Below, in pieces: positions 17,901 through 26,063 of a DNA stretch of 64,000 nucleotides. The translations under genes were made by a program, and so were the position numbers. Under the pieces are notes generated by a model, which worked only from the letters and a program-made list of their open reading frames with translations, was not told the DNA's origin and made no database searches. The DNA is taken from assembly GCA_003602575.1 (NCBI GenBank), contig QQRY01000018.1:21632-85631 (forward strand), written 5' to 3'. Numbering within the stretch: position 1 is the first letter of the stretch; each line of letters begins with the position of its first letter. This DNA comes from Candidatus Poseidoniales archaeon. Lineage in GTDB: Archaea; Thermoplasmatota; Poseidoniia; Poseidoniales; Poseidoniaceae.

Positions 17901-20000
17901 GATGATATTGGGAGTCCAATGACTTTGAATCTCAATTATTGGGTTGAAGCAGATCATGATTTGAATCGAAATGGGTTGGCAGATGCCGACGAATATGTAA
18001 TTCGTCAAGTTGAAAATCTAACCGACGAGCCGAATAAATGGTTTTCTTCAACTATCGATCATTCTAGAAATCCAAATATGGGTAGAGTCTCGTATTTTTG
18101 GAATGGTTTTGATTTAGCTGGTAATGAAATGTTCAGTGAATATCTCGATTCCGAAGGAGAGACTCAAACCTATCAAACCACTCATGGATTTGACTATGAC
18201 GATGCAACATTCGTCACTCGTAAAGATTCTGTTGCGGTTTTTACAGGATTAGAATGGGTGGGCCATTCTGATAATGAACCTGTCTACTCAGGCAAAACTC
18301 AAACTATATCATTTGGATTCGTAGATGAAAATACAGTCATTGATTTCGAGCACATCTCCCTAGTCTTTGACTTTGAAGGGCCAAATCCAATCAATGATGC
18401 CCAGAGAATTTCTTATTCTGGATTGAATAATACATTTTGGTCTGAAAGTGATTTTATCACTCTTTTACCTTCTAGTAAAATGACTCAAACGATTAACTCC
18501 TCGGGGCTTCCTTTGATTATGATTGACTTTGTATTCAAGTTCGGCTGGGATTGGCCTGATGAGGAAATGAGTGATGTGAAATTATTATTCAAAGAAAGAG
18601 GTTCACTTATGGACACTCAAATTTTGCTTATTGAACATACCTTCAAAGTTGAAAACGATCTTATTATTGCTCCGATAGATTATTCGGTATTGGACATAAG
18701 TGAACCCAGGGTTGGTGAAGTTGCTGACGGAAGTAGAGTTCGCAAAGATGACCGTTTATCATTTAGTGGCAAAGTGATTTATGAAGGCAGTAATATCCCT
18801 GTCCCTAGAGATATTGGGATTCTTGTTGAAGTATTTGATGGTGAATTAATTTGGAGTGATGGTTCGCTAGGAGAAGAAGGAGAATTCCTGATTGAAGTAC
18901 CCCTATCTTCAGCACAATCATTGCAAACATCTCCTTCAAGAACATGTTTGATTTCTATCACAAACATACCTGGTAAAGGCGAGGATATGTCCAATCAACT
19001 TGTCTCAACTACCTTACAAGTTGTAGTTGATGATTCAGCACCTAGGGTTGTAAGGAGAGTTTCCCCACTAAATATTATCGATATTTCCTCAAATACAGAT
19101 TTGACCAAAATTCCTGTTGAATTTACTGGATTAGAAGATGCTGATTTGACCGGTTCGGTTCAAACAGTTCACTGGGTGATGAAAGATTCGACCAAGACCA
19201 TAACTATCGGTTCGGGCTCATCAGTATTAGGGATGCAACAGGATGGTCAGAATGTGATATGGTCTGGAACTGTTGATTTGACCGATGGTGGACGAATCAT
19301 GCCTCGCTCCGGAGACTTCGTCGGATACTATCTGACCGGTTGGGACGCTGCAGGAAATCAATTCCCAAAGATTTCCAATTCAGAAGCGAGTCCTATTCCT
19401 GAATTAGCTTCGGATGATGATGACTTTGAACGCCAGTGGGTTAAACTAGGCAGTAGTGGTCCAGAATTGAGCGTCTACAGTATCTCGCTATCAGATGATC
19501 ACATCGCTCCAAGCACTAAAATTGATATTGAAACCGTGATAGTAAATGATGGCGGCTCGACTTTATCTCCATTCAAGGTTGCATTCTTTGCAGGAGATAG
19601 TAGTGAACCATTTGATTCTGTAACCGTAGCAGGAATAGAAGAAAATGAGAGAGTAACTGTATCTACTGTTTGGGAAGCAGAAGAAGTTAGTCGAATTAGG
19701 GTCGAAGCAGATTATGGAAACTACATTGTTGAAGTAAATGATGACGATAATACAGCGGAACACTCTGTAGATGTTGCTTATGCTAAATATCTAGGATGGA
19801 TAGACTCGCCAAGAGAAAATCCTCTTACTTGGATTTTCATCATTATTACTCTAATCACGTTAGTTGTCGTAGTTTCTGTAGCCTCTAAGACTTCTCTAGA
19901 CTTCTCAGAGGGAGCCCTACAAGAAGACTTTGGATGGGAAGATGACGAAGAAGAATACGAAGATTATGATGAAGAGAATGAAGATGATGATGACTATTAA
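14916..20000 (+). CDS. Giant secreted surface protein (about 1694 aa) with CARDB-like domain, C-terminal TM anchor and acidic tail
   Basis: From the TTG start: '(M)KRALFLITLFLVSIYAPLASSS' signal peptide. Ser/Thr-rich beta-type sequence. A CARDB-like module ('VIVNDGGSTL...VEADYGNYIVEVNDDDNTAEH'). TM 'WIFIIITLITLVVVVSVA', then an 'EDDEEEYEDYDEENEDDDDY' tail. Confidence 0.85.
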   Translation: MKRALFLITLFLVSIYAPLASSSMTANQFDDGSTSFQHSFTASGDVNAGEITMPYGAEVTDATFRFRGEASQTSWTNFTTNSDYGGQGDSNGYISGNVPRPFSSGYRYYLNTQNQGMELQGNPTNAVNSLSRATDVSSIGSAEHNVSGQFVALSDQGYSSLSMKYSDFSVSSSTSWGYVGVVVLYEDEYMVMKYSSTYPSQQPTILRINASTGAYIGTASFNAGSCSTTSSNSLYYNMYDATVYNGSIWTVHYSYYTVNKWSIVETPTSLTWNCQQSWYSSSQGYINGVDFDENTGKMYLSTYRYQSSDHYLHEVNPSNPTMINGTWSIGSAAGISSSYGSGLIVNLPTVIYNEYDRSTSGYPSRHYFFNFNGISPTLMGSEEMSNRGHYGLTESGDGKLLYVCHYTSYCSSSARKIHRSGDGSLEFSDLTTTSSETIYGRTYTLSTSIDTIFVKSLIGRIPSGTDLKLELSNDGGSSWVNAYPGQQIVFPQLGNTLDWRVEMTSSSTGISPIIDSVGIEYFATYRTSGYFYAYQYVGSGTSSTVAATLNWTGNTPSGTNIQVSFGAASSSSSCSSSSSGVTTWTKTEPGVTKSISGSSYYLCVRIQLTTSNSAVTPSISDLSIAQHSNAPSEPALLIDGVKVWSRSSSEGALVGTQTITAENPADSIITTLNNLIPDTGSGLVVIPINISSESTGLLALEQFSITYIMRTVNLDIEITEGGILHQRLEPYEVVTRHVIGEDASEMTRATLTFMTEVGSNPVLEWENGDVFPLPNDPDNYIELDSSSWSSEVNGILEIHWRFSVNIDFPEQSEVRFKADCTDNSGTNGFSPVDLISNEALSVNHTYGLGWFKVRDNSGLVVSDDVPDNSWLAGGETVFFQGAMWYLGSEDAPLDNMFDVRVSREGWVESTARDTINNNGSFFIPITMPNSDNPDGYTFEIQTYNEFNPSLSVQPNDSWRRTFRVDATAPLKVDTSPADESYEAASFAQEVTVLVKDDIGSPMTLNLNYWVEADHDLNRNGLADADEYVIRQVENLTDEPNKWFSSTIDHSRNPNMGRVSYFWNGFDLAGNEMFSEYLDSEGETQTYQTTHGFDYDDATFVTRKDSVAVFTGLEWVGHSDNEPVYSGKTQTISFGFVDENTVIDFEHISLVFDFEGPNPINDAQRISYSGLNNTFWSESDFITLLPSSKMTQTINSSGLPLIMIDFVFKFGWDWPDEEMSDVKLLFKERGSLMDTQILLIEHTFKVENDLIIAPIDYSVLDISEPRVGEVADGSRVRKDDRLSFSGKVIYEGSNIPVPRDIGILVEVFDGELIWSDGSLGEEGEFLIEVPLSSAQSLQTSPSRTCLISITNIPGKGEDMSNQLVSTTLQVVVDDSAPRVVRRVSPLNIIDISSNTDLTKIPVEFTGLEDADLTGSVQTVHWVMKDSTKTITIGSGSSVLGMQQDGQNVIWSGTVDLTDGGRIMPRSGDFVGYYLTGWDAAGNQFPKISNSEASPIPELASDDDDFERQWVKLGSSGPELSVYSISLSDDHIAPSTKIDIETVIVNDGGSTLSPFKVAFFAGDSSEPFDSVTVAGIEENERVTVSTVWEAEEVSRIRVEADYGNYIVEVNDDDNTAEHSVDVAYAKYLGWIDSPRENPLTWIFIIITLITLVVVVSVASKTSLDFSEGALQEDFGWEDDEEEYEDYDEENEDDDDY

Positions 20001-20080
20001 GCATCATTTTCTAAATCAAAAGCATCTACAAATCCTCAAAAGTAGTGGATGTAAGGATACTCCGCGGGGGTGGGGAGAGT

Positions 20081-23000
20081 ATGTCAAATGTATTTTCCCA
20101 TCTGCATCCTAGCCTCCAAAGTTCGTTGAATGATAAAGGGTGGACAGCGACTCCAATTCAAGAGATTTCAATACCTGAAATTATAGAAGGTAAAGACCGA
20201 CTATTGATTGCTCCAACTGGTTCTGGAAAGACACTTTCTGCTGTATTGCCTATTATCCATAGATGTTTAGATGAAAATTGGGATCCACTTGCAATACTAT
20301 ACATTACACCCCTCAGAGCGCTTAATCGTGATATTGACAGGAGGCTTCACGATATCGCTGAATCTGTAGGCCTTAAAGTCGGCATTAGACATGGAGATAC
20401 TACTCAAAGTGAAAGAACTAAGCAGACTAGAAAGCCACCCCACATTTTAGTAACCACTCCTGAAACTTTTCAATTGATGTTCACTGGTAAAAATTTGAGG
20501 AAACTGTTGAAATCTGTTAGGGCAGTAATTATTGATGAGGTACACGATTTGGCTGCGAGTGAAAGAGGCTGGCAGTTATCGATTGGACTTTCAAGATTAG
20601 AAGCACTTTCGGGTAAGAAGGTACAGAGAATAGGCCTTTCAGCTACAGTAGGTAACCCAATGGAGGTGTCTAAATGGTTATCCAATCATGATGGTGAGCC
20701 AATTATTGCCACGGGGCAGAGGACAACACAATTGATTGTAGATACTTCACTACCATTGAATGAAGATGAAATAGGTGGTATCGAATTAGCATTACCTCCC
20801 AGGGCGCATGCCACTTTTAGAGAAATGATTGGAATCATTAGAGAAAACCCTCCATGCTTACTATTTGTAAATAGTAGAAATGATGCAGAAACCATCGCAA
20901 ATAGATTGCAAAAGATGGCGCCAGATGTCAAAATTGGAGTGCATCACGGTTCTTTAGCAACTCAAACTAGAGTTGAGATGGAAGACCAATTGCGTAAAGG
21001 AGAATTATCTGGCTTAGTCTGTACTTCAAGTCTAGAATTAGGAATTGATGTAGGTAAAATAAGTCGAATAATTCAGATAAAAAGCCCTCGTTCTGTTGAT
21101 CGAATGTTGCAGCGTGTTGGACGTGCGGACCACCGTTTAGGAGGCATTGGAATTGGAAACCTTCTAGCATGGGATTGTGATGAAATATCAGAGTCTGCAG
21201 TTATTGCAGAAAAAGCGATGAAACATGAATTAGAACCGGTAGAATGGCGTAAATCCCCTAAATCAGTTGCTGCAAATCAACTGGTGATGATGGCACATTC
21301 CTTTGGAGCATACCCAATTGATGAAGCCACAGAAATTCTATCCAGTACATCCCAATTTGAAGGTTGGACAAGAGAAAAAACAGAGGCATTACTTACTGTT
21401 TTATCCGATGGCTGGATACTTAGATTTACTTCTAATCCAAATGAATTACCTTGGTATCGTTGGCCAAAAACAGTCTATCAATTAGCTCGAGAACAAACTA
21501 AAGATATCGAATTACCAGAGGACAGACCATTATTTTCTGTTCCTGAAGAAGAAATAGACCCAGCATTAAAACAGATAAAAGTAAAAGTTCCAAAGAGATA
21601 TCAAAAAGGATGGTTCTCTACTGCTGGAAGAACAAGACAGTGGGTGACAAATCACCTTTCTATGATTCCCGATAAGCAATCATACAGGGTTAGAGACAGC
21701 GTTACTCGAAAGACTATTGGTACGGTAGACGAAGCATTCGTTCTTTCTCTAAATGATTCAGGTGAAGATGAAGATGGTACGACAAGAAGGTTTGTTATCG
21801 CAGGTCGAACATGGATGATAATTGATGCAGACCCAGAAAAATCTGAACTGCTAGTAGTTCCAGTATCCGATCAAGCAAAAGCACCTCAGTGGGTTGGCGA
21901 ATTACCTCCAGTGCCTCCCGATATTGCAAGAGACATAGGTAGATTGAGAGGTTTGATTGCTGAGGAATTCAAAATATACTCTCCTCAAAGCGATGATTTG
22001 ACTCAAGAAATAGACTCAACCCAGATATTCAACAGAAGAAAAACCAGTGTTTCTGATTATCCGCTCAATGATTATGCACTCGGTATGCTATGCGAAGAGA
22101 TAGGCTCTCACGTTGAGAAAACCGATAGTTTACCTACCGATAGAAGAATGACAATCGAGGAAAGAAATGATGCTTTGATGGTCAACTCTTGTCATGGCTC
22201 AAAAATTAATGAAACACTTGGCCATTTAATCTTAGCAATGGCTTCTACTAAATCAGGCCACTGGGGGAGATTGATAGTTGAGCCAACTAGAATTGGTCTT
22301 CAAGCAAGCCAGGTTAAGGCAGAAGATATCGTAGGTTGGCTAAAAAATACCCCTCCAGAGGCCTTGGAAGGAATTCTAAGTGTAACACTCCCCAATTCCC
22401 GACAAGTCAGATGGAGATTTGCTCAGGTCGCTAAAACATTTGGAATTCTTAGGCATGGTATTGACCCTCGTAAGATAAATCTTCAGGGCTTGTTAAAGAA
22501 ATACAGGGGGACAATAGTGATGGAAGAAGTACTTGAGAAATTATTCTTTGAAAGGATGGATTTGGATGGGGCTAAAGATGTTTTAAGAGCAATTCAATCG
22601 GACATAATAAAAATCGAATTAACTCCTTCAGGTCCTTTGGGAGTGTCTAGGCGTTCAAGTCGAGATTTACTTTTACCAAATTGGGATAATGCCGCTGTTC
22701 GAGAAAAATTGAAATCACGTCTGACTAATGAAAGGGCTGTTTTGTGTTGTCTAAAGTGTAAATCAAAAAGACGTTTTAGAGTAGCTAAATATCCTGAGAT
22801 AAAAGATGCAAAGATTTGTTTGAAGTGTAAAGGAACAATGCTTGCATGCTCCAGGGAAGGAATGGAAAAGATGCTAGAATCTTGGGTCAATTCAGATGAT
22901 GAAGGTGATCAAGTTCGTATGATGAAGAATGCTGAATTAGTTCAAAATAGAGGATATGAGGGTATTTTATGTCTTATGGCAAGAGGAATTGGAGAAGCCA

Positions 23001-23110
23001 CAGCGCAGAGAATTTTAAAGAAAGTTCCTAGAAACAATATAGATAAATTACTCAAAGCTATTCACAATGCAGAAATTGAATACGCAAGGACAAGAAGGTT
23101 TTGGGGTTAA
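20081..23110 (+). CDS. lhr: Lhr-type superfamily-2 ATP-dependent helicase with C-terminal zinc ribbon
   Basis: 'APTGSGKTLSAV' (motif I), 'IIDEVHDL' (DEVH), 'LSATVGNP', 'LQRVGRADHR' (motif VI). C-terminal 'CCLKCKS...CLKCKG'. G-rich SD ('ggggtggggag') precedes the ATG at 20081. Confidence 0.85.
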   Translation: MSNVFSHLHPSLQSSLNDKGWTATPIQEISIPEIIEGKDRLLIAPTGSGKTLSAVLPIIHRCLDENWDPLAILYITPLRALNRDIDRRLHDIAESVGLKVGIRHGDTTQSERTKQTRKPPHILVTTPETFQLMFTGKNLRKLLKSVRAVIIDEVHDLAASERGWQLSIGLSRLEALSGKKVQRIGLSATVGNPMEVSKWLSNHDGEPIIATGQRTTQLIVDTSLPLNEDEIGGIELALPPRAHATFREMIGIIRENPPCLLFVNSRNDAETIANRLQKMAPDVKIGVHHGSLATQTRVEMEDQLRKGELSGLVCTSSLELGIDVGKISRIIQIKSPRSVDRMLQRVGRADHRLGGIGIGNLLAWDCDEISESAVIAEKAMKHELEPVEWRKSPKSVAANQLVMMAHSFGAYPIDEATEILSSTSQFEGWTREKTEALLTVLSDGWILRFTSNPNELPWYRWPKTVYQLAREQTKDIELPEDRPLFSVPEEEIDPALKQIKVKVPKRYQKGWFSTAGRTRQWVTNHLSMIPDKQSYRVRDSVTRKTIGTVDEAFVLSLNDSGEDEDGTTRRFVIAGRTWMIIDADPEKSELLVVPVSDQAKAPQWVGELPPVPPDIARDIGRLRGLIAEEFKIYSPQSDDLTQEIDSTQIFNRRKTSVSDYPLNDYALGMLCEEIGSHVEKTDSLPTDRRMTIEERNDALMVNSCHGSKINETLGHLILAMASTKSGHWGRLIVEPTRIGLQASQVKAEDIVGWLKNTPPEALEGILSVTLPNSRQVRWRFAQVAKTFGILRHGIDPRKINLQGLLKKYRGTIVMEEVLEKLFFERMDLDGAKDVLRAIQSDIIKIELTPSGPLGVSRRSSRDLLLPNWDNAAVREKLKSRLTNERAVLCCLKCKSKRRFRVAKYPEIKDAKICLKCKGTMLACSREGMEKMLESWVNSDDEGDQVRMMKNAELVQNRGYEGILCLMARGIGEATAQRILKKVPRNNIDKLLKAIHNAEIEYARTRRFWG

Positions 23111-24153
23111 ATTGCCTCATCTTGTAAATTGATTCTTTCAGCAGCCTCAACAACATCCCCTTCATGCCACCAATCTACAGCGATAAATGTCGGCCTTTTC
23201 CCATGCTGACTCCAACATTCATTGGCTCTTTCAACTAGAAAATCAACATCATTTGCCTCACCTGCTTGTGTTGGGTCTGCCAAGCCAACAGCATTACTAA
23301 GCCAATTATTCATATGATATACCGCTTGATTTCCATCACCTCTTAAGACATCACAATTCATTTCAGATGTACTTCTTTCTCCATAATTAGTGGTCCAACT
23401 ATGGGTCAAGAAATCATGAATCCAAGGGTGACTAGAATCAGACCCTTGTTCCCAAAATACAACTAAATTAGTTCGTTCATCAATCATGGTTTGCAGTGTC
23501 GGCCATGGTTCATTCATTTGATGATAAAATACCTTGTCCATAAGGCCGGCTTCGATAAAAACCTGTTCTAAGTGGTCTGGTTGTACATAATTTTCAACTA
23601 GAAGTGTAACGACATCTTGAGTCTCATCATCCATCTTATCTTTCAAATTCGAGAGCCAATCAACCGCACTAACATTTCCATATCTGCATGGGCTAGCACC
23701 TCGATCGTCATCTCCATGACAAAGTTTGACTTTACCTTCACTTTCATCGTTTAATGTTTCATAATGAGTGTCAATCATGAAAGCTCTAATTCCAGCTTGC
23801 CATTGAGGATTAAATCCAGTTCGATGATTGCTGGCAGGATAAAAAATGCCATCATCCTCGGTAGCAAATGCATTGTGAGTCTCAGGGAAAGTCACATTAT
23901 CATATGTCCTTAAACATAGAATAATCATTCCATTACAAGGTTTTGTTGGTTCAGGCTCTGGTTCGGGTTCAGGCTCTGGTTCGGGTTCAGGCTCTGGTTC
24001 GGGCTCAGGCTCTGGTTCGGGCTCAGGTTCAGAAACTTCCTCAGTCGAACCGTCTTTTTCTGAATCATTTGTCCCTAATGGGTCTGTAGGGTCAATACAT
24101 CCAGATAATAGCATCAAAATGATGACAAACAATGTTATGTTTGTCCGGCCCAT
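23107..24153 (-). CDS. Lipoprotein with (Glu-Pro)14 linker and PI-PLC X-domain-like phosphodiesterase domain
   Basis: Lipobox 'LMLLSGC'. An (EP)14 linker. 'FPETHNAFA', 'QWQAGIRAFMIDTHYE', 'VKLCHGD' follow the PLC-like phosphodiesterase (PI-PLC X) motif order. Confidence 0.6.
   Translation of the reverse strand: MGRTNITLFVIILMLLSGCIDPTDPLGTNDSEKDGSTEEVSEPEPEPEPEPEPEPEPEPEPEPEPEPEPTKPCNGMIILCLRTYDNVTFPETHNAFATEDDGIFYPASNHRTGFNPQWQAGIRAFMIDTHYETLNDESEGKVKLCHGDDDRGASPCRYGNVSAVDWLSNLKDKMDDETQDVVTLLVENYVQPDHLEQVFIEAGLMDKVFYHQMNEPWPTLQTMIDERTNLVVFWEQGSDSSHPWIHDFLTHSWTTNYGERSTSEMNCDVLRGDGNQAVYHMNNWLSNAVGLADPTQAGEANDVDFLVERANECWSQHGKRPTFIAVDWWHEGDVVEAAERINLQDEAI
23948..24030. repeat. Tandem 18-nt repeat (about 4.6 copies) encoding the (EP)14 linker
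   Basis: The unit ggttcaggctctggttcg is repeated head to tail at 23948, 23966 and 23984, with variant copies at 24002 and 24020. It lies inside the CDS at 23107-24153. Confidence 0.9.
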
Positions 24154-24190
24154 ACATGTCCGAGGATGATTAAAGCAATCAATTCAACGG

Positions 24191-24634
24191 TTAAAGGTCA
24201 ATAGTTCTAACAATCACGCCAGCTTCAGATATCATGCTATTTGAAATATTAAAATCTTCAATCCACCTTTCTGGTATTTCACCAGGTGTTGGATAAATTA
24301 TTTCTTTAATTCCAGATTGAATTAACGAACGAGCACATCGAGAGCATGGTGGCCAAGTGACGTATGCAGTGCTACCTTTGAGAGAAACACCGATTCTAGC
24401 AGCATGCATGATTGCATTTTCTTCAGCATGACAAATGAGAGGGTATTTTTGTTCACGATCTAGTAGTCTTTCTTCATCGTCTTTGATTCCTCGAGGAAAA
24501 CCATTGAATCCAGTAGAACGAATCTCTCGGTCTTCACCAACTACAACACATCCGACCTTAGTTGATGGGTCTTTACTCCAGTTAGCAATATGCATGGCGA
24601 GTTTGACAAATCTAACATCCCATTTTTCACTCAT
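24191..24634 (-). CDS. dCMP deaminase (ComEB family)
   Basis: 'HAEENAI' and 'PCSRCARSLIQSGI' zinc-binding deaminase motifs. The N-terminus 'MSEKWDVRFVKLAMHIANWS' is typical; the track start at 24652 is GTG. Confidence 0.9.
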   Translation of the reverse strand: MSEKWDVRFVKLAMHIANWSKDPSTKVGCVVVGEDREIRSTGFNGFPRGIKDDEERLLDREQKYPLICHAEENAIMHAARIGVSLKGSTAYVTWPPCSRCARSLIQSGIKEIIYPTPGEIPERWIEDFNISNSMISEAGVIVRTIDL

Positions 24635-24663
24635 GTCAACCAACCATCTCACACACCACTTAT

Positions 24664-25962
24664 CTATGATTGCTTCGGCAGGATAGAAAGTTCTTCATCA
24701 CTGTCTAGGCCTAAATAATTGAGGATATTCCCTTGAAGATATAATGAACCTAAACTAACAATTAATCCATTATCTGATGCTTCAAATTTAGATAAATATT
24801 CAAAAACCATCTCTGCATTTTCAAATTCTTTAACATCGTCAATGGGCCATTTATATTGAGCCAAAATACTCGTATCAACACCAGGATATCTACCGCCTAA
24901 TGGCCTTGTTAAGCATATTTTATTTGGAGGGTTCGGGCTACATAATCTAGAAACATAATCGAGCATTTCAGTCAGGTTTTGTTGGGGGGATGTACCGTAA
25001 ATCAATGTCCAATTCTTTTTACCATCAATCAATGGAGTTAATCTTTCAATATTCTCTTTTAGTTCTGGAATTACTCTCAATAATCCCGAAGGGTTGTGAG
25101 CGGCGTCTAATAGCAATATGTTGGATTCTGTTTCTATTATTTGCATCCTTGCAGGCCATCGAAGTCTATTTTTAGCCTGTGAAATATTGGTGCATGGTAT
25201 TTCCAATATTTTGAATAATTCTTGGACAAGAATTTCTGCTTCATCTTTGATACTATAATTGTCAGGAATTATGACAAAATGAGGAGTAGCAGGGCTTTTA
25301 ATTTCTCCAATACTTTCGTTACCAGCATTTTCACATTGTTGGATGACTGCTTTCTTGAAACTCTCATTTTCCATGTCTCTGATCACTATTGGTTTATTTG
25401 GTCTTGCAATAGCGGCTTTTTCAGATGCGATTTGTTCTAATGTCTCTCCAAGAATATCTGTATGTTCGCAGGAAATTGAAGTAAGTAGGCAAGCATGAGC
25501 AGGGATACATCTTGTGGCGTCAAGTCTTCCACCTAGCCCTGTTTCAATGATAATAAATTCAACCTTTGATTCAATTGCACAAAGTATAGCGATTAAGAAA
25601 GTAGTTTCAAAAAAAGTTAATTGAATACTTTCTTGTCCTACCTCCCCCGTTGCTGATTTGTAAATTTTTTCTAACATAGATTGGAATAATTCATTAGAAA
25701 TAGGCTTACAATCGACCCTAAACCTTTCTTCTATTCTAGAAACATGAGGGGAGGTGAATAGTAGGTTTGAAATCCCAGACATTGTCAAAGAAGCAGCCAT
25801 TAGAGAGCATGCAGAACCTTTACCATTGCTTCCAGCAACATGGATAATTTTTGTTGATGAAAAATCTAAATTCAATCTTTGAATCATTGAATAGGTGTTT
25901 GCTAAACCCAAGGCCATACCATTCTGTCGCGTCGAGTCTAACCACCGGTTTGCTTTAGACAT
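24664..25962 (-). CDS. folC: Folylpolyglutamate synthase/dihydrofolate synthase (Mur ligase family)
   Basis: 'IIHVAGSNGKGSACS' P-loop, 'TSPHVSRIEERF', 'IIETGLGGRLDATR', 'LLDAAHNP'. Confidence 0.85.
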   Translation of the reverse strand: MSKANRWLDSTRQNGMALGLANTYSMIQRLNLDFSSTKIIHVAGSNGKGSACSLMAASLTMSGISNLLFTSPHVSRIEERFRVDCKPISNELFQSMLEKIYKSATGEVGQESIQLTFFETTFLIAILCAIESKVEFIIIETGLGGRLDATRCIPAHACLLTSISCEHTDILGETLEQIASEKAAIARPNKPIVIRDMENESFKKAVIQQCENAGNESIGEIKSPATPHFVIIPDNYSIKDEAEILVQELFKILEIPCTNISQAKNRLRWPARMQIIETESNILLLDAAHNPSGLLRVIPELKENIERLTPLIDGKKNWTLIYGTSPQQNLTEMLDYVSRLCSPNPPNKICLTRPLGGRYPGVDTSILAQYKWPIDDVKEFENAEMVFEYLSKFEASDNGLIVSLGSLYLQGNILNYLGLDSDEELSILPKQS

Positions 25963-26063
25963 AGTCGGTCAAAACATTCCATCAAGTTTTATTGCATAGC
26001 ATCTCCTATTGATTTAGTGTTTATTTATCGCCCCCATAGGGGGCGAATGTCCGTGACACTCAA

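Noticed and set aside
23948-24030. A regularly spaced 18-nt repeat that could superficially resemble a mini repeat array.
   Set aside because: The copies are head to tail with no spacers, lie in frame inside a CDS and encode (Glu-Pro)14. This is a coding tandem repeat, not CRISPR.
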